Assembly (NCBI RefSeq): GCF_003918875.1
Contig: NW_025764915.1
Location: 1,798,001 to 1,862,000, forward strand
Source of the DNA: Haliotis rubra
Lineage: Eukaryota
Direction of reading: 5' to 3'
DNA: 64,000 nt
Shown piece by piece: positions 43,526 through 57,210 of the stretch (position 1 is the first letter of the stretch; every line of letters starts with the position of its first letter). The position numbers were made by a program, and so were the translations under genes. The notes beneath the pieces were generated by a model. That model worked only from the letters and a program-made list of their open reading frames with translations, had not been told where the DNA came from and did no database searches.

Positions 43526-45230
43526 CATTTTCAGTTAAACAATATAATTGAAGTGCAGTGCAAAGCCCTGTAACATAGCCACTGTGATATGTATGTCTCA
43601 GCTGGCCTCTGATTGTCACTCATTTCTATACCATATTCAGTGGCCACCTTGGCCATCCAATCAACATACTCTTACAACAGTGAACACATAACACTGGGTG
43701 TTTTCTGTGAAGTGATTATTGTGATTATAGATTATATTTGTGAATTTACAACTTCAGTTGTTTGCTGTTCTCACACTGTCAGCAGAGAGAGAGTGATTTT
43801 CCTCCAACCGATTTGGTTTACAAACACAGTTTTCAGAAAATAAAGAAACAACTGAAAATAGAATCAAAATAAAGACAAAACAACACTTGTGATGGCAAGC
43901 ATAGTATGTTCTGAAATAGTATGTTGACTGTGTCTGAGTACACAGGGGAAAGATATGATGTTGTCCAGTCAAGTGAAAATAAGGCCACAATAAATTAATT
44001 ATCAGATTTTAATCCTTTCTTGAAATATGAGATGTGAGGAAGTTGATGTCTTGTTACAGCTGAAGATATCAGTTGAATGCATCAGCTGATGATTGTTACA
44101 CACATAAAGCATGAATATTTGGCACAACTATGCATATGGTGTATTTCATCAACTGACAAAACGAGGTGACACACGTAGGAAACATACATAGGATTTCCTA
44201 AGTAGGAAACATACGTAGGAAACACCATCTCAAAGTACTTGTAATAACAAAATGATGAGAGGCGAGCTGTGTGGCCTAGAGGTGAGTGTGAATACAATAT
44301 TATTATGGGGTAATATGTTATGGGTTTCTGCAGTTGTTACTGAAAAAAATTATTTATATCCACTTCAATAATTGTTCTAATTTTGAAAGTAAATGAAATG
44401 TGTCACTGTGTAGACCTATTCCTTGTTCAGTTATGTTTCTAGAACAAGCCAAGCTGATTGTGTCTTGTTCTTATCGTATATGTCACAATGAAAGTTGGTA
44501 AAAAGAAATTATAAGTATCATCACATTTCTTCAAATCTTCAAAATGAGTGAAACTAACTAGCAAACAAAGCTTTTTTTCAATCATTTAGCCCCACAAACT
44601 TAATACATGAATTCATGATGAAGTGCTACCATTACTGTAAGTCATATCTTCCATCACAAAGTCGAAAACCTGAAATGCCAATCAGTGAGGACAGCTTGAG
44701 CACTTTCACCAACATGGATCACAGTCGAAAACTGGACACAAGACATGAGAATGCTTCCTTATCGCAATGTACACAGATTGAAATGGGAAATCTTTCAGAA
44801 CAGAGTTATCAGTTCTTTTATATCTTAAAGGATGACCATATTTATCACAATTAGATAAAGTCACACCAAAATCTTTGTTGATATGGATGCCCAGAATTTT
44901 GAATTCTAACGAAAAGAAAAATGCCTCCCTTTAAAAACCCACTCATATATAATGTTTGGTTGAAAGCTTAAACCAGAGATTTGATTTTGGGTAGTCGCAA
45001 CAATGACTGACCATGTTGACCAGCAGGCATACAGCACTCCTTAATGATTACTGAATCACTGAATTTCCCCAAAGAACATGGGAATGAAGCATATCTATTG
45101 TCTATTATATTTCTTGAATTTTAAAAACTATTTCAGAAATCATTTGAGACACCTTAAAAGGTGCTGTCACTATTGGTGATAAAATTTCACAAGTAAATTG
45201 AAATAATGAAAAGACAAATGACAACATTGA

Positions 45231-48200
45231 CTACTTCACTTTGTCTTCCACTGGTATCGCTTGTCGACTTTCTTCTGTGGGGGTATTCAACTTCAATAAA
45301 ATAGTCAAAACTTTCTTCACACCCAAACACATCTTGTAAAACCAGAAAATATTCATCACATCAAGAATAACACAGGTGACAATAAGCACTCCTTGTATAT
45401 GACCAATACGGGCAAAATCTTCAGTGCCATATACACTGTAAACTTTTGACCAGTAAGACGGCATGACTGCTATACGTGCCAAGAAAAAGGCTGCTGTCAT
45501 AGCTAAACCATTTCCTATAAAGAGGGGACTGCTCTTTGGGTACCGCAACACATCGAAGAACCACCTGAAAGAGCAAGGATAAAGAGTGAGATAGGATGGC
45601 CTAATAGGTTTCTTGTGTAGACAGGTGTATGGTGAGTCAAGGTACACCCAGGTGTATGGTGAGTCAAGGTACACCCTGGTGTATGGTGTGTCAAGGTGCA
45701 CCCTGGTGTATGGGGTGTCAAGGTGCACCCTGGTGTATGGTGAGTCAAGGTACACCCTGGTGTATGGTGTGTCAAGGTGCACCCTGGTGTATGGTGAGTC
45801 AAGGTACACCCTGGTGTATGGTGAGTCAAGGTACACCCTGGTGTATGGTGTGTCAAGGTACACCCTGGTGTATGGTGTCAAGGTACACCCTGGTGTATGG
45901 TGAGTCAAGGTGCACCCTGGTGTATGATGTGTCAAGGTGCACCCTGGTGTATGGTGAGTCAAGGTACACCCTGGTGTATGGTGTGTCAAGGTGAACCCTG
46001 GTGTATGGTGTGTCAAGGTGAACCCTGGTGTATGGTGTGTCAAGGTGCACCCAGGTGTATGGTGAGTCAAGGTGCACCCTGGTGTATGGTGAGTCAAGGT
46101 ACACCCTGGTGTATGGTGAGTCAAGATGCACCCAGGTGTATGGTGAGTCAAGGTGCACCCAGGTGTATGGTGAGTCAAGGTACACCCTGGTGTATGGTGT
46201 GTCAAGATGCACCCTGGTGTATGGTGTGTCAAGGTGCACCCTGGTGTATGGTGTGTCAAGGTACACCCTGGTGTGGTGTGTCAAGGTGCAGTGTATGGTG
46301 TGTCCTGGTGCACCCTGGTGTATGGTGTGTCAAGGTGCACCCTGGTGTACATGGTGTGTCAAGGTGCACCCTGGTGTATGGTGTGTCAAGGTGGGTGTAT
46401 GGTGTGTCAAGGTGCACCCTGGTGTATGGTGCAAGGTGCACCCTGGTGTATGGTGTGTCAAGGTGCACCCTGGTGTATGGTGTGCCAAGATGCACCCTGG
46501 TGTATGGTGTCAAGGTGCACCCTGGTGTATGGTGTGTCAAGGTACACCCTGGTGTATGTGAGTCAAGGTGCACCCTGGTGTATGGTGTGTCAAGGTGCAC
46601 CCTGGTGTATGGTGTGTCAAGGTGCACCCTGGTGTATGGTGTGTCAAGGTGCACCCTGGTGTATGGTGCCAAGGTGCACCCTGGTGTATGGTGTGTCAAG
46701 GTGCACCCTGGTGTATGGTGTGTCAAGGTGCACCCTGGTGTATGGTGTGTCAAGGTGCACCCTGGTGTATGGTGTGTCAAGGTACACCCTGGTGTATGGT
46801 GTGTCAAGGTGAACCCTGGTGTATGGTGTGTCAAGGTGCACCCTGGTGTATGGTGTGTCAAGGTGCACCCTGGTGTATGGTGTGTCAAGGTGCACCCTGG
46901 TGTATGGTGTGTCAAGGTACACCCTGGTGTATGGTGTGTCAAGGTACACCCTGAAGTACATTGTGTTCAAGGTGCACCCTGGTGTATGGTGTGGTAAGGT
47001 GCACCCTGGTTTATGGTGTGTCAAGGTACACCCTGGTGTATGGTGTGTCAAGGCACCCATGGAGAGTATTTAAAGCTTCCGTCACGCCGAAGACCCAGGT
47101 TCGAATTCCCACATGGGTACAATGTGTGAAGCCCATTTCTGGTGTCCCCCGCCATGATATTGCTGGAATATTGCTAAAGCAGCGTAGAAACCAAACTCAG
47201 TCAGTCATTCATTTAAAGCTTCACTTCAGTTGTGGGTTCCTCATATGTATCTTGTATGTATACTGGCTGGAATGTCTGTGCTTGTTAATACAAATCAATA
47301 AGCTGGTTTCCTATTGAAACAGGCTGCATCTCAGTACAGTAGACACAACCATTTGGAAGAGAAAGCAGTGTCGGTACAATATCAAACATGCATGGTACTT
47401 TAAATATTTAATGTTCCAGAAGGCCTGGATATATTGTGTCTTTCAAGTTTTACTTCTTACACTTCAGTTGAGAGGGTGGGTAGATGTGCAACTTCAAACA
47501 AAGATTCTTTCTTGGATTTATTTATACAGCCCGAAAACTCCCCAAAACATAAAAAACTCAAACCTCTGGTTGACAAATGCTGTGGAAAACTCTGCCATGA
47601 GACGATAATTCGCGAAGTAGGACAGCACTCCGTATGTCTGAAACAAAACAACATGGTGGTGACAGCACACCCAACACAACAGGGAGACATGGATAACATA
47701 TGAGGGCTGTCCACTGTCGCCATGTCATGGTGATCTGGTCATGGTAGCCTACAGCATGAAGTCACTTTGTCATGGTAGCCTACAGCATGAAGTCACTTTG
47801 TCATGGTAGCCTACAGCATGAAGTCACTTTGTCACAGCAGCCTACAGCATGAAGTCACTTTGTCATGGCAGCCTATAGCATGAAGTCACTTTGTCACAGC
47901 AGCCTACAGCATGAAGTCACTTTGTCATGGTAGTCTACAGCATGAAGTCACTTTGTCATGGCAGTCTACAGCATGAAGTCACTTTGTCATGGTAGCCTAC
48001 AGCATGAAGTCACTTTGTCATGGCAGTCTACAGCATGAAGTCACTTTGTCATGGTAGCCTACAGCATGAAGTCACTTTGTCATGACAGCCTACAGCATGT
48101 AGTGACTTTGTCATGACAGCCTACAGCATGTAGTGACTTTGACATGCTAGTCTACAGCATGTAGTGACTTTGTCATGACAGCCTACAGCATGTAGTCACT

Positions 48201-51200
48201 TTGTCATGGCAGCCTACAGCATGTAGTGACTTTGTCATGGGAGCCTACAGCATGTAGTCACTTTGACATGGCAGCCTACAGCATGTAGTCACTTTGACAT
48301 GGTGTCCTACATAGGGGTGGGTTTTGCAGAGAATTTTCATTTTTGCGATATATTGTGATTCGAAAACATATATTGTGATATGTATTGCAATACATTGCAT
48401 GAAGTATTTTTAAACAAAAAACTACTTATAATCGATTTAATGCTTGATTTATAGAGCAAAAACACAACAAAATCACTATGCTTGAATAAAGCTTTAATAA
48501 GAACTTTTAATCATGATAAAACAAAAATGTGAATAATATTTGGAACAAATGAAACAAGGAAATATCCGAGGATTTACGAGTGCTATGAAGTTTTCGAATG
48601 CAAGTCAAAATACCGGTTTTCAATCAGCGTATCGCAATATGTTTTGTTTTCATGTCTGAACCGGTAAAAACCGGTACACCGGTTATATTGTGCAGCCCTA
48701 GTCCTACAGCATGAAGTCACTTTGTCATGGCAGCCTACAGCATGTAGTGACTTTGTCATGGCAGCCTACAGCATGTAGTGACTTTGTCATGGTAGCCTAC
48801 AGCATGTAGTGACTTTGTCATGGCAGCCTACAGCATGTAGTGACTTTGTCATGGCAGCCTACAGCATGTAGTGACTTTGTCATGGCAGCCTACAGCATGT
48901 AGTCACATTGTCATGGTAGCCTACAGCACGTAGTGACTTTGTCATAGCAGCCTACAGCATGTACTGACTTTGTCACGGTAGCCTACAGCACGTAGTGACT
49001 TTGTCACAGCAGCCTACAGCATGTACTGACTTTGTCATGGTAGCCTACAGCATCGTAGTCACATTGTCATGGTAGCCTACAGCATGTAGTGACTTTGTCA
49101 TGGGAGCCTACAGCACGTAGTCACATTGTCATGGTAGCCTACAGCATGTAGTGACTTTGTCATGGTAGCCTACAGCATGTAGTGACTTTGTGACTAGGGC
49201 AGCCTACAGCATGTAGTCACTTTGTCACGGGAGCCTACAGCATGTAGTCACTTTGTCATGGGAGCTTACAGCATGTAGTCACTTTGTCATGGGAGCCTAC
49301 AGCATGTAGTCACTTTGTCATGGGAGCCTACAGCATGTAGTCACTTTGTTATGGCAGCCTACAGCATGTAGTCACTTTGTCATGGGAGCCTACAGCATGT
49401 AGTCACTTTGCTATGGCAACAGAGCCTGAAGTGACTTTGTTATTGTAAATAGTGATGACAGACAAACCAGTGGTTGATGGTATGAGTACTTACTGTGACA
49501 TAGTAGTAAGCATACATGGACGCCCCATGATGAAAAAAGTAAAATGTTTCGCCTATGTGCTTGTAATGAACTGTCATCACAACCAAATCTGCAAAGAACA
49601 ATATATCTTTAATTTACATAGCAAAACACTTGACAAAATGGCACAGAGGTGTGAAAGAAACGGATTCAGTTTTTTGGTAGTGGTGGGGAGGGGGTGGGAT
49701 ACATATGCCAAGTGGGCTGAATAACACAAGGTGTTTTACATAGCACAGTCCTGTCTTTTGTACATAAGAAAGATATCACAAACATTCTCACATCTGATTT
49801 CGAACTAAACAAAAACCGTAATTAGTTATGGTGAGATCTTACATTCTGCTGAAATGTAACATAACTCATAACTCTCCCATTTGACATATCTATTGGATAG
49901 ATGTGACGTCTCACAGGAGATATGCTTTACAAACCATATCATCAGCTACCATGAAATGACAAACACTGGTACTAGTATTTTAGGGGCAAAATTGAAGAAT
50001 GATTCAGGATGATAAACTGAATACAAGCATTATCACATACCAGAAGCCATGTATCCAAACAATATTGCACAGCTAGTTCTAACCATGGGGGCATCACACC
50101 TGCAATGATGACATGGATAAGTCACAGGGTTAGAGAGCTGATTAATAAACATAAACAAACAGCAATTCACATGCATAAATATTGAAACATGATTATAGAT
50201 GTAAACTCACACAGGTACAGCAATCTGAGTGAAATCAACACTATAAGGACAATTAAAATCACTATTTCAGAAAATTAACATCTTGCATAAATTTATGTTC
50301 TTATATTCATGCACTAGTTTTTAAAATGACAATTCACTCCTGTCACAAACAAACATCAATTAAGTTGACAACCACAACTTGCTACCATTAGTAATACCAT
50401 ATTTGTAGCTGTCGATGGTCTGGTCAAGAACACATTGTTGTACTTTTTGACCCTGCATCCTTTATTGACTTAATCCATGGCATTACATCTCCATTAAAAC
50501 TGTGGACCATAGCTAGCATGGCTTTATATCTCCATACTATTGTCATAAAAACTGTGGACCATAGCTAGCATGGCAATATATCTCCATACTATTATCATAA
50601 AAACTGTGGACCATAGCTAGCATGGCTTTATATATATCTCCATACTATTATCATAAATATCTCCATACTATTATCATAGCTAGCATGGCTATATATCTCC
50701 ATACTATTATCATATCATGTGGAAAGCTGTGGACCATAGCTAGCTATTATCATAATATATCTCCATACTATTGTCATAAAAACTGTGGACCATAGCTAGC
50801 ATGGCAATATATCTCCATACTATTATCATAAAAACTGTGGACCATAGCTAGCATGGCAATATATCTCCATACTATTATCATAAAAACTGTGGACCATAGC
50901 TAGCATGGCAATATTGTCATCCATCCATACTAGCTAGCATGTCATAAAAAAGCTGTGGACCATAGCTAGCATGGCAATATATCTCCCATACTATTATCAT
51001 AAAAACTGTGGACCATAGCTAGCATGGCAATATATCTCCATACTATTATCATAAAACTGTGGACCATAGCTAGCATGGCAATATATCTCCATACTATAAA
51101 ACTGTGGATCATAGCTAGCATGGCAAATATCTCCATACTGTCATAAAAACTGTGACCATAGCTAGCATGGCAATATATCTCCATACTATTGTCATAAAAC

Positions 51201-54200
51201 TGTGGACCATATAGCTAGCATGGCAATATATCTCCATACTATTGTCATAAAACTGTGGACCATAGCTAGCATGGCAATATATCTCCATACTATTATCATT
51301 GTGGACCATAGCTAGCATGGCTTTATATCTCCATACTATTATCATAAAAACTGTGGACCATAGCTAGCATGGCAATATATCTCCATACTATTATCATAAA
51401 AACTGTGGACCATAGCTAGCATGGCTTTATATCTCCATACTATTATCATAAAAACTGTGGACCATAGCTAGCATGGCAATATATCTCCATACTATTATCA
51501 TAAAAACTGTGGACCATAGCTAGCATGGCTTTATATCTCCATACTATTATCATAAAAAACCATAGCTAGTGGACCATAGCTAGCATGGCTTTATATCTCC
51601 ATACTGTTATCATAATATCTCCATAAATCTCCATACTATTATCATAAAAACTGTGGACCATAGCTAGCATGGCAATATATCTCCATACTATTATCATAAA
51701 AACTGTGGACCATAGCTAGCATGGCAATATATCTCCATACTATTATCATAAAACTGTGGACCATAGCTAGCATGGCAATATATATCTCCATACTATTATC
51801 ATAAAAACTGTGGACCATAGCTAGCATGGCAATATATCTCCATACTATTATCATAAAAACTGTGGACCATAGCTAGCATGGCAATATATCTCCATACTAT
51901 TGTCATAAAAACTGTGGACCATAGCTAGCATGGCAATATATCTCCATACTATTATCATAAAAACTGTGGACCATAGCTAGCATGGCTTTATATCTCCATA
52001 CTATTATCATAAAAACTGTGGACCATAGCTAGCATGGCAATATATCTCCATACTATTATCATAAAAACTGTGGACCATAGCTAGCATGGCAATATATCTC
52101 CATACTATTGTCATAAAAACTGTGGACCATAGCTAGCATGGCAATATATCTCCATACTTGTTATCATAAAACTGTGGACCATAGCTAGCATGGCAATATA
52201 TCTCCATACTATTATCATAAAACTGTGGACCATAGCTAGCATGGCAATATATCTCCATACTATTGTCATAAAACTGTGGACCATAGCTAGCATGGCAATA
52301 TATCTCCATACTATTATCATAAAAACTGTGGACCATAGCTAGCATGGCAATATATCTATATCTCCATACTGGCATTATCATAAAAAGCTAGCTGTGGACC
52401 ATAGCTAGCATGGCAATATATCTCCATACTATTATCATAAAAACTGTGGACCATAGCTAGCATGGCTTTATATCTCCATACTATTATCATAAAAACTGTG
52501 GACCATAGCTAGCATGGCAATATATCTCCATACTATTATCATAAAAACTGTGGACCATAGCTAGCATGGCAATATATCTCCATACTATTATCATAAAAAC
52601 TGTGGACCATAGCTAGCATGGCAATATATCTCCATACTATTATCATAAAAACTGTGGACCATAGCTAGCATGGCAATATATCTCCATACTATTATCATAA
52701 AACTGTGGACCATAGCTAGCATGGCAATATATCTCCATACTATTATCATAAAACTGTGGACCATAGCTAGCATGGCAATATATCTCCATACTATTATCAT
52801 AAAAACTGTGGACCATAGCTAGCATGGCAATATATCTCCATACTATTGTCATAAAAACTGTGGACCATAGCTAGCATGGCAATATATCTCCATACTATTG
52901 TCATAAAAACTGTGGACCATAGCTAGCATGGCAATATATCTCCATACTATTGTCATAAAAACTGTGGACCATAGCTAGCATGGCTTTATATCTCCATACT
53001 ATTGTCATAAAAACTGTGGACGATAGCTAGCATGGCAATATATCTCCATACTGTTATCATAAAAACTGTGGACCATAGCTAGCATGGCAATATATCTCCA
53101 TACTATTATCATAAAAACTGTGGACCATAGCTAGCTTGGCTTTATATCTCCATACTATTGTCATAAAAACTGTGGACCATAGCTAGCATGGCAATATATC
53201 TGGATGGTCAAACATCTCACTGCTCCTAGTTTTGATGGACTACTTACCAAATAGGATCCTCACTGATTTCATTGTCGTAAACTAGTGAGTACACACACAT
53301 ACAGCTCACAATGGCAGAGTGGAGGGTTGAGTTTACTCTGGAATCAAACCATTTCAAAATACAGTGTCATAAAGTTAACAGAACCTGTAGGAGTCGACAA
53401 ATGCTGGAACTTAGTGGAAGAGGACACAGAAATGTGAACAACCACTATCTCACAGAAATGTCTATTGTGCCAAAAATAAAACCCAAAGACATGTGTTTCT
53501 TGAAACATCTTGAGTTATGTTTTCTATTATCTAAAGTACCAATAGGGATCATTTCCCAGGATGGATGTAATGATTGCTGCATTCTATGAAAGACTTCTAA
53601 GCACATGTTACTGGGTTTTTCTACAGTAAATACTTGTCATGTCATTTATGTCTCTGTGTCGAGAGGAGGCATCATAACGCTGTCATTGTAATATTCAAAC
53701 TAAATTACAGTCCGTTTGAGTCAGAAACGGACCGATGAATTGCAAATGTTATCATTGTACAAAATTGCCACATAAATATAAATAGTACACATGTTTATCA
53801 TTTACTAATACCCAACAGCTTTCTTATATTTGAAAATTTTCCGGACTCCACCAAAAAAGTTCTTTCAGAAACTATCATCATTGAGAACGCATCTGTCGCG
53901 GCGGGGTGAAACCGCAGAAACGGAACAGCCACTATCTCGTCGTGCACGGGATACACACGCCTGATGAAAAATGAAGTTGAATGCTGACGTGAAACAGTTG
54001 ATGATTAAAGTGTACGATTTTTTCTGTGCTGAAGCCTAAAGGGGCAAACCATTTTATGCCATTAATAAATTCCGTAAGCGGGCAGCAAAAGCTTTAGGAG
54101 CATCAGCAAGGGTACTGACAAATGTTCTGGAACACAAACATTGTGAGGGTGATGCGAAGCAGGTAGGGGTCGAGTCAAAATCACACAAATTAAAACATTT

Positions 54201-56648
54201 GGACAACTTTCAAAAGAACCTTGTAAGGCAGTCTATCAACAAGCTCTATTCTGAAAACAAATACATGTCGCTGAAATTTTAAAAAAGCATTTGAAGCAAG
54301 AACACAACCTCAGAGTATCAAAGTACACACTCTGGCGACTCTTACACTCTTTCGGGTATCGTTATAAGAAAATTTCGGGGGAGAATAGGTCAGTACTCTG
54401 TGAACGCCCTGATATCGTTTGCTTGAGATATAATTTTCTCAGGGTTATAAAGAAGAAGCGCGAGGAAGGGTTCGAGCCAGTGTACTTGGACGAGACCTGG
54501 GTCAATGCCTCGCACACTGCCAGCAGTCAGTGGGTACCTGATGGGGGTGATAAGGGGTCACGTAGAAAGCTGCCTCTAGGGAAAGGAGAGAGACTAATCA
54601 TTCTCCATGCTGGTTGCTCCAGCAAAGGCTTTCTCCAAGGCTGTGACTTGGTATTCAGAGCAAAGTCCACAGATAACAGAGACTACCATTCCGAGATGAA
54701 TGGTGCGGTTTTCCTCGATTGGGTTAAAAACAAGTTGGTACCAGCTCTACCAGAGCAGTCTTTTATCGTAATGGACAATGCCCCATACCACAGCATGCAG
54801 GACCCCGACATCGAACAGTCGAAAAGGTGATATGATATCATGGCTCGACAAATTTCAGATCGCACGGCCTTCAAAGGCAACGAAGCCTCAGCTATATGAG
54901 ATCATAAAAACCAACAAAGGTGAACCTTTCTACAAAGTTGACAGTTACATAAAAAGTAAGGGTCACGATATTCTGTGACTTCCACCCTCTCACTGTGACC
55001 TTAACCCCATTGAAATGATATGGGGTATTGTCAAAGGAGATGTTGCCAGATCAAACACAACTTTTAGATTACATGACGTAGAGATTTTGGTTAAGGAATC
55101 CCTTAACAAAATCATGACTGAAACTTGGCAAAACTGTGTCAACAAGGTAGCTAACATCATTGAACAAGGTTACTGGTCTCGGGATGGCTTACAACAGGCA
55201 ACTGTGGCACCACTTGTCATCCCTTTAAGTCGTGACTATGACACTACGACAGACGAGGAACCAACAGGTCTCCCGGAATAGATTTTGAGATGTCCCCTGC
55301 CATGACTGGCTGTTCCGTTTCTGCGGTTTCACCCCGCCACGACAGATAACAACTTTTGCGTTTTCAATGATGATAGTTTCTGAAAGAACTTTTTGGTGGA
55401 GTCCGAAAATTTTTCAAATATAAGAAAGCTGTTGGGTATTAGTAAATGATAAACATGTACTATTTATATTTACGTGGCAATTTTGTACAATGATAACATT
55501 TGCAATTCATCGGTCCGTTTCTGACTCAAACAGACTGTACATACTATGTATCTATTGTTGCCATAACAACATGTGTAAACTAAAGTATGAATACATCAAT
55601 ATTAACAATACTAAATACAGGTTTGTACTGACAGGAATCATTTTGAGAGGAATTAGAGAATTATTCAACAACCAGTAACACTCTTGTTTACATTGCATGT
55701 ATAGTCACTAATAACTCATCTTTAGAAAACCTATTTACAAATGTAACAGTTGGAAATCTACTGACTCAATCAAACAGATAAAGATATTAACTAAAGTACA
55801 GGGTATGTCCACATTCTAGTCCTGAGTAGTTATTCACTCGATAATGCAAAGATATCACATCTCACTGTACACACCACTTATCATCTCAACTATTGTTGCT
55901 GAAACTGTACAGGTGTGCCACTTATCATGCCAATGTCCCCCACATCTCTGTCTGATAGCATCATTATCATATTGTGTACAACACATGATGACAACTATTG
56001 GATAAAGAAATCACACAAGAACACTAATCAACATACCAGAATACATTATTTCAAAGGGAACTAACAGTATACTCTGTGCATGGTTTTTATTTTGCCAACC
56101 GTGCACAGAATTTGTAAACAAACTGTTAGATTTTTGTAAGGACATCAGCATGTTGAGATTTCCTTTTTGCACCAACCTAATTAATCCAATTAGGAAAAGA
56201 GGACAAAAATCTAAAAAATTGTTATCCCACTTGTCAAAGAATTTCATTAACTCATAAAAAATCACATGGTGAGATTTGTATCAACCAGTATTATGCAACA
56301 CCTTTCTGAGTCACTAGTTATCAATAATTATAAACATGTTAAAACAAACAGACGATCATACCACCTGACCTGTTCATAAACAATCGGCAAAGAGTAAAAG
56401 ATCTACAAGAAAGATGAAAACTGATATGATAATAACCATGCAAAGTGTTATACTGAAGTATCGTTAACTCACCTAGTATTCCAGTCAATTTGTTTCGCCA
56501 GTGGCATATTCCTGTAACCTTCACACATTCGTAGTGACAGTGATGGGGAGACATACTTATAGATACACAGGAAAAATGCACAGCTTGCAAAAGCAAATGG
56601 GTAATAGGTTGTGTCAAATGCGATCACTTCAATCCTGCGACTCATCAT
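45231..56648 (-). CDS. TLCD4: TLC domain-containing protein 4 (TMEM56)-like, 275 aa
   Basis: Exons 56648-56473, 53337-53248, 50099-50041, 49588-49494, 47637-47564, 45564-45231 (828 nt, frame-consistent GT-AG). Motifs: [94 protein letters not shown]. Confidence 0.92.
45620..47060. repeat. 27-bp minisatellite (last TLCD4 intron)
   Basis: Unit GGTGTATGGTG(T/A)GTCAAGGT(G/A)CACCCT, about 53 copies. Confidence 0.97.
47080..47208 (+). mobile_element. tRNA-derived SINE, family A (5' truncated)
   Basis: CGTCACGCCGAAGACCCAGGTTCGAATTCCCACATGGG...GCTGGAATATTGCTAAAG. Confidence 0.82.
47735..49420. repeat. 31-bp minisatellite (TLCD4 intron), interrupted by a hAT MITE
   Basis: Unit AGCCTACAGCATG(A/T)AGT(C/G)ACTTTGTCATGG(T/C). 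Confidence 0.96.
48312..48700 (+). mobile_element. hAT-type MITE, copy 2, inside the 31-bp minisatellite
   Basis: TAGGGGTG...CAGCCCTA with exact 8-bp TSD GTCCTACA. Confidence 0.88.
50495..53200. repeat. 53-bp minisatellite (TLCD4 intron)
   Basis: Unit AAAAACTGTGGACCATAGCTAGCATGGCAATATATCTCCATACTATTATCATA-like, about 50 copies. Confidence 0.97.
53708..55537 (+). mobile_element. IS630-Tc1-mariner DNA transposon, Sailor (DD82E)-like, full length but decayed
   Basis: TA on both flanks. TIRs of ~225 bp (53708-53931 and 55307-55537) starting CAGTC(C/T)GTTTGAGTCAGAAACGGACCGATGAATTGC. Internal transposase remnant. Located in TLCD4 coding intron 1. Confidence 0.9.
53971..55281 (+). pseudogene. DDE transposase pseudogene
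   Basis: HTH-like N-terminus; catalytic motifs YLDETW, GKGERLIILHAG, DYHSEMN, MDNAPYHS, LPPSHCDLNPIEMIW. Lesions: TAA 54037-54039, frameshift ~54280, frameshift ~54805, TGA 54976-54978. Confidence 0.88.
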
Positions 56649-57210
56649 TTGTTCGAGGTTAGCATTGCAGATCTGAAATTGAAAACAGTGCTCATGACAA
56701 AGTGATCATTTAGAAATCACATATGAAAGGCTAAATCTATCACATAAGCTTGTTAATTATTTCACTCACTCTATATTAATTAATGTCCAGTGATAATATT
56801 GAAGTTCAACTTGGCAATGCCATGGTCATATTGCAAATTTCATTCTATTACTGAACTTGTGACCTTTGCATTAAACAGAAATAGCTAATAGCCCCAAGGG
56901 ATAGGCACAACACAGCCAGCAACTAACAATCCCAAATATCACATAAAGGAATTACATATAACCGAAACAACTTTTTCGCAAATATTACCTCTTAAAAACT
57001 AGTACTGAAGAACGTGGGCGCTACTGAACCACCTCTTGTTCTGCACTGGTTCAACCAGATTGAGTGACAACAGCCAGGTAAGGTCTTATAGAGTAAAGCT
57101 ACTGAAGTCGTGTAATACAGAGATAAGATAATAGGTGCTACGTTGATGGTCCTACATCGAGTTTTATCAGCTGACTCCAGCTCGGACCTTTGCCCTAAAT
57201 ATCTTGTCAT

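Noticed and set aside
45565-47073. Repetitive ORFs up to 366 aa (THHTPGCTL, MVCQGAPWC), including the 342-aa ORF fused to the last TLCD4 exon
   Set aside because: These are translations of the 27-bp intronic repeat; the real exon begins at the acceptor at 45565/45564.
26850-53200. CRISPR-like appearance of the 27-53-bp repeats
   Set aside because: Units are head-to-tail with no unique spacers, there are no cas genes, and the context is eukaryotic introns.
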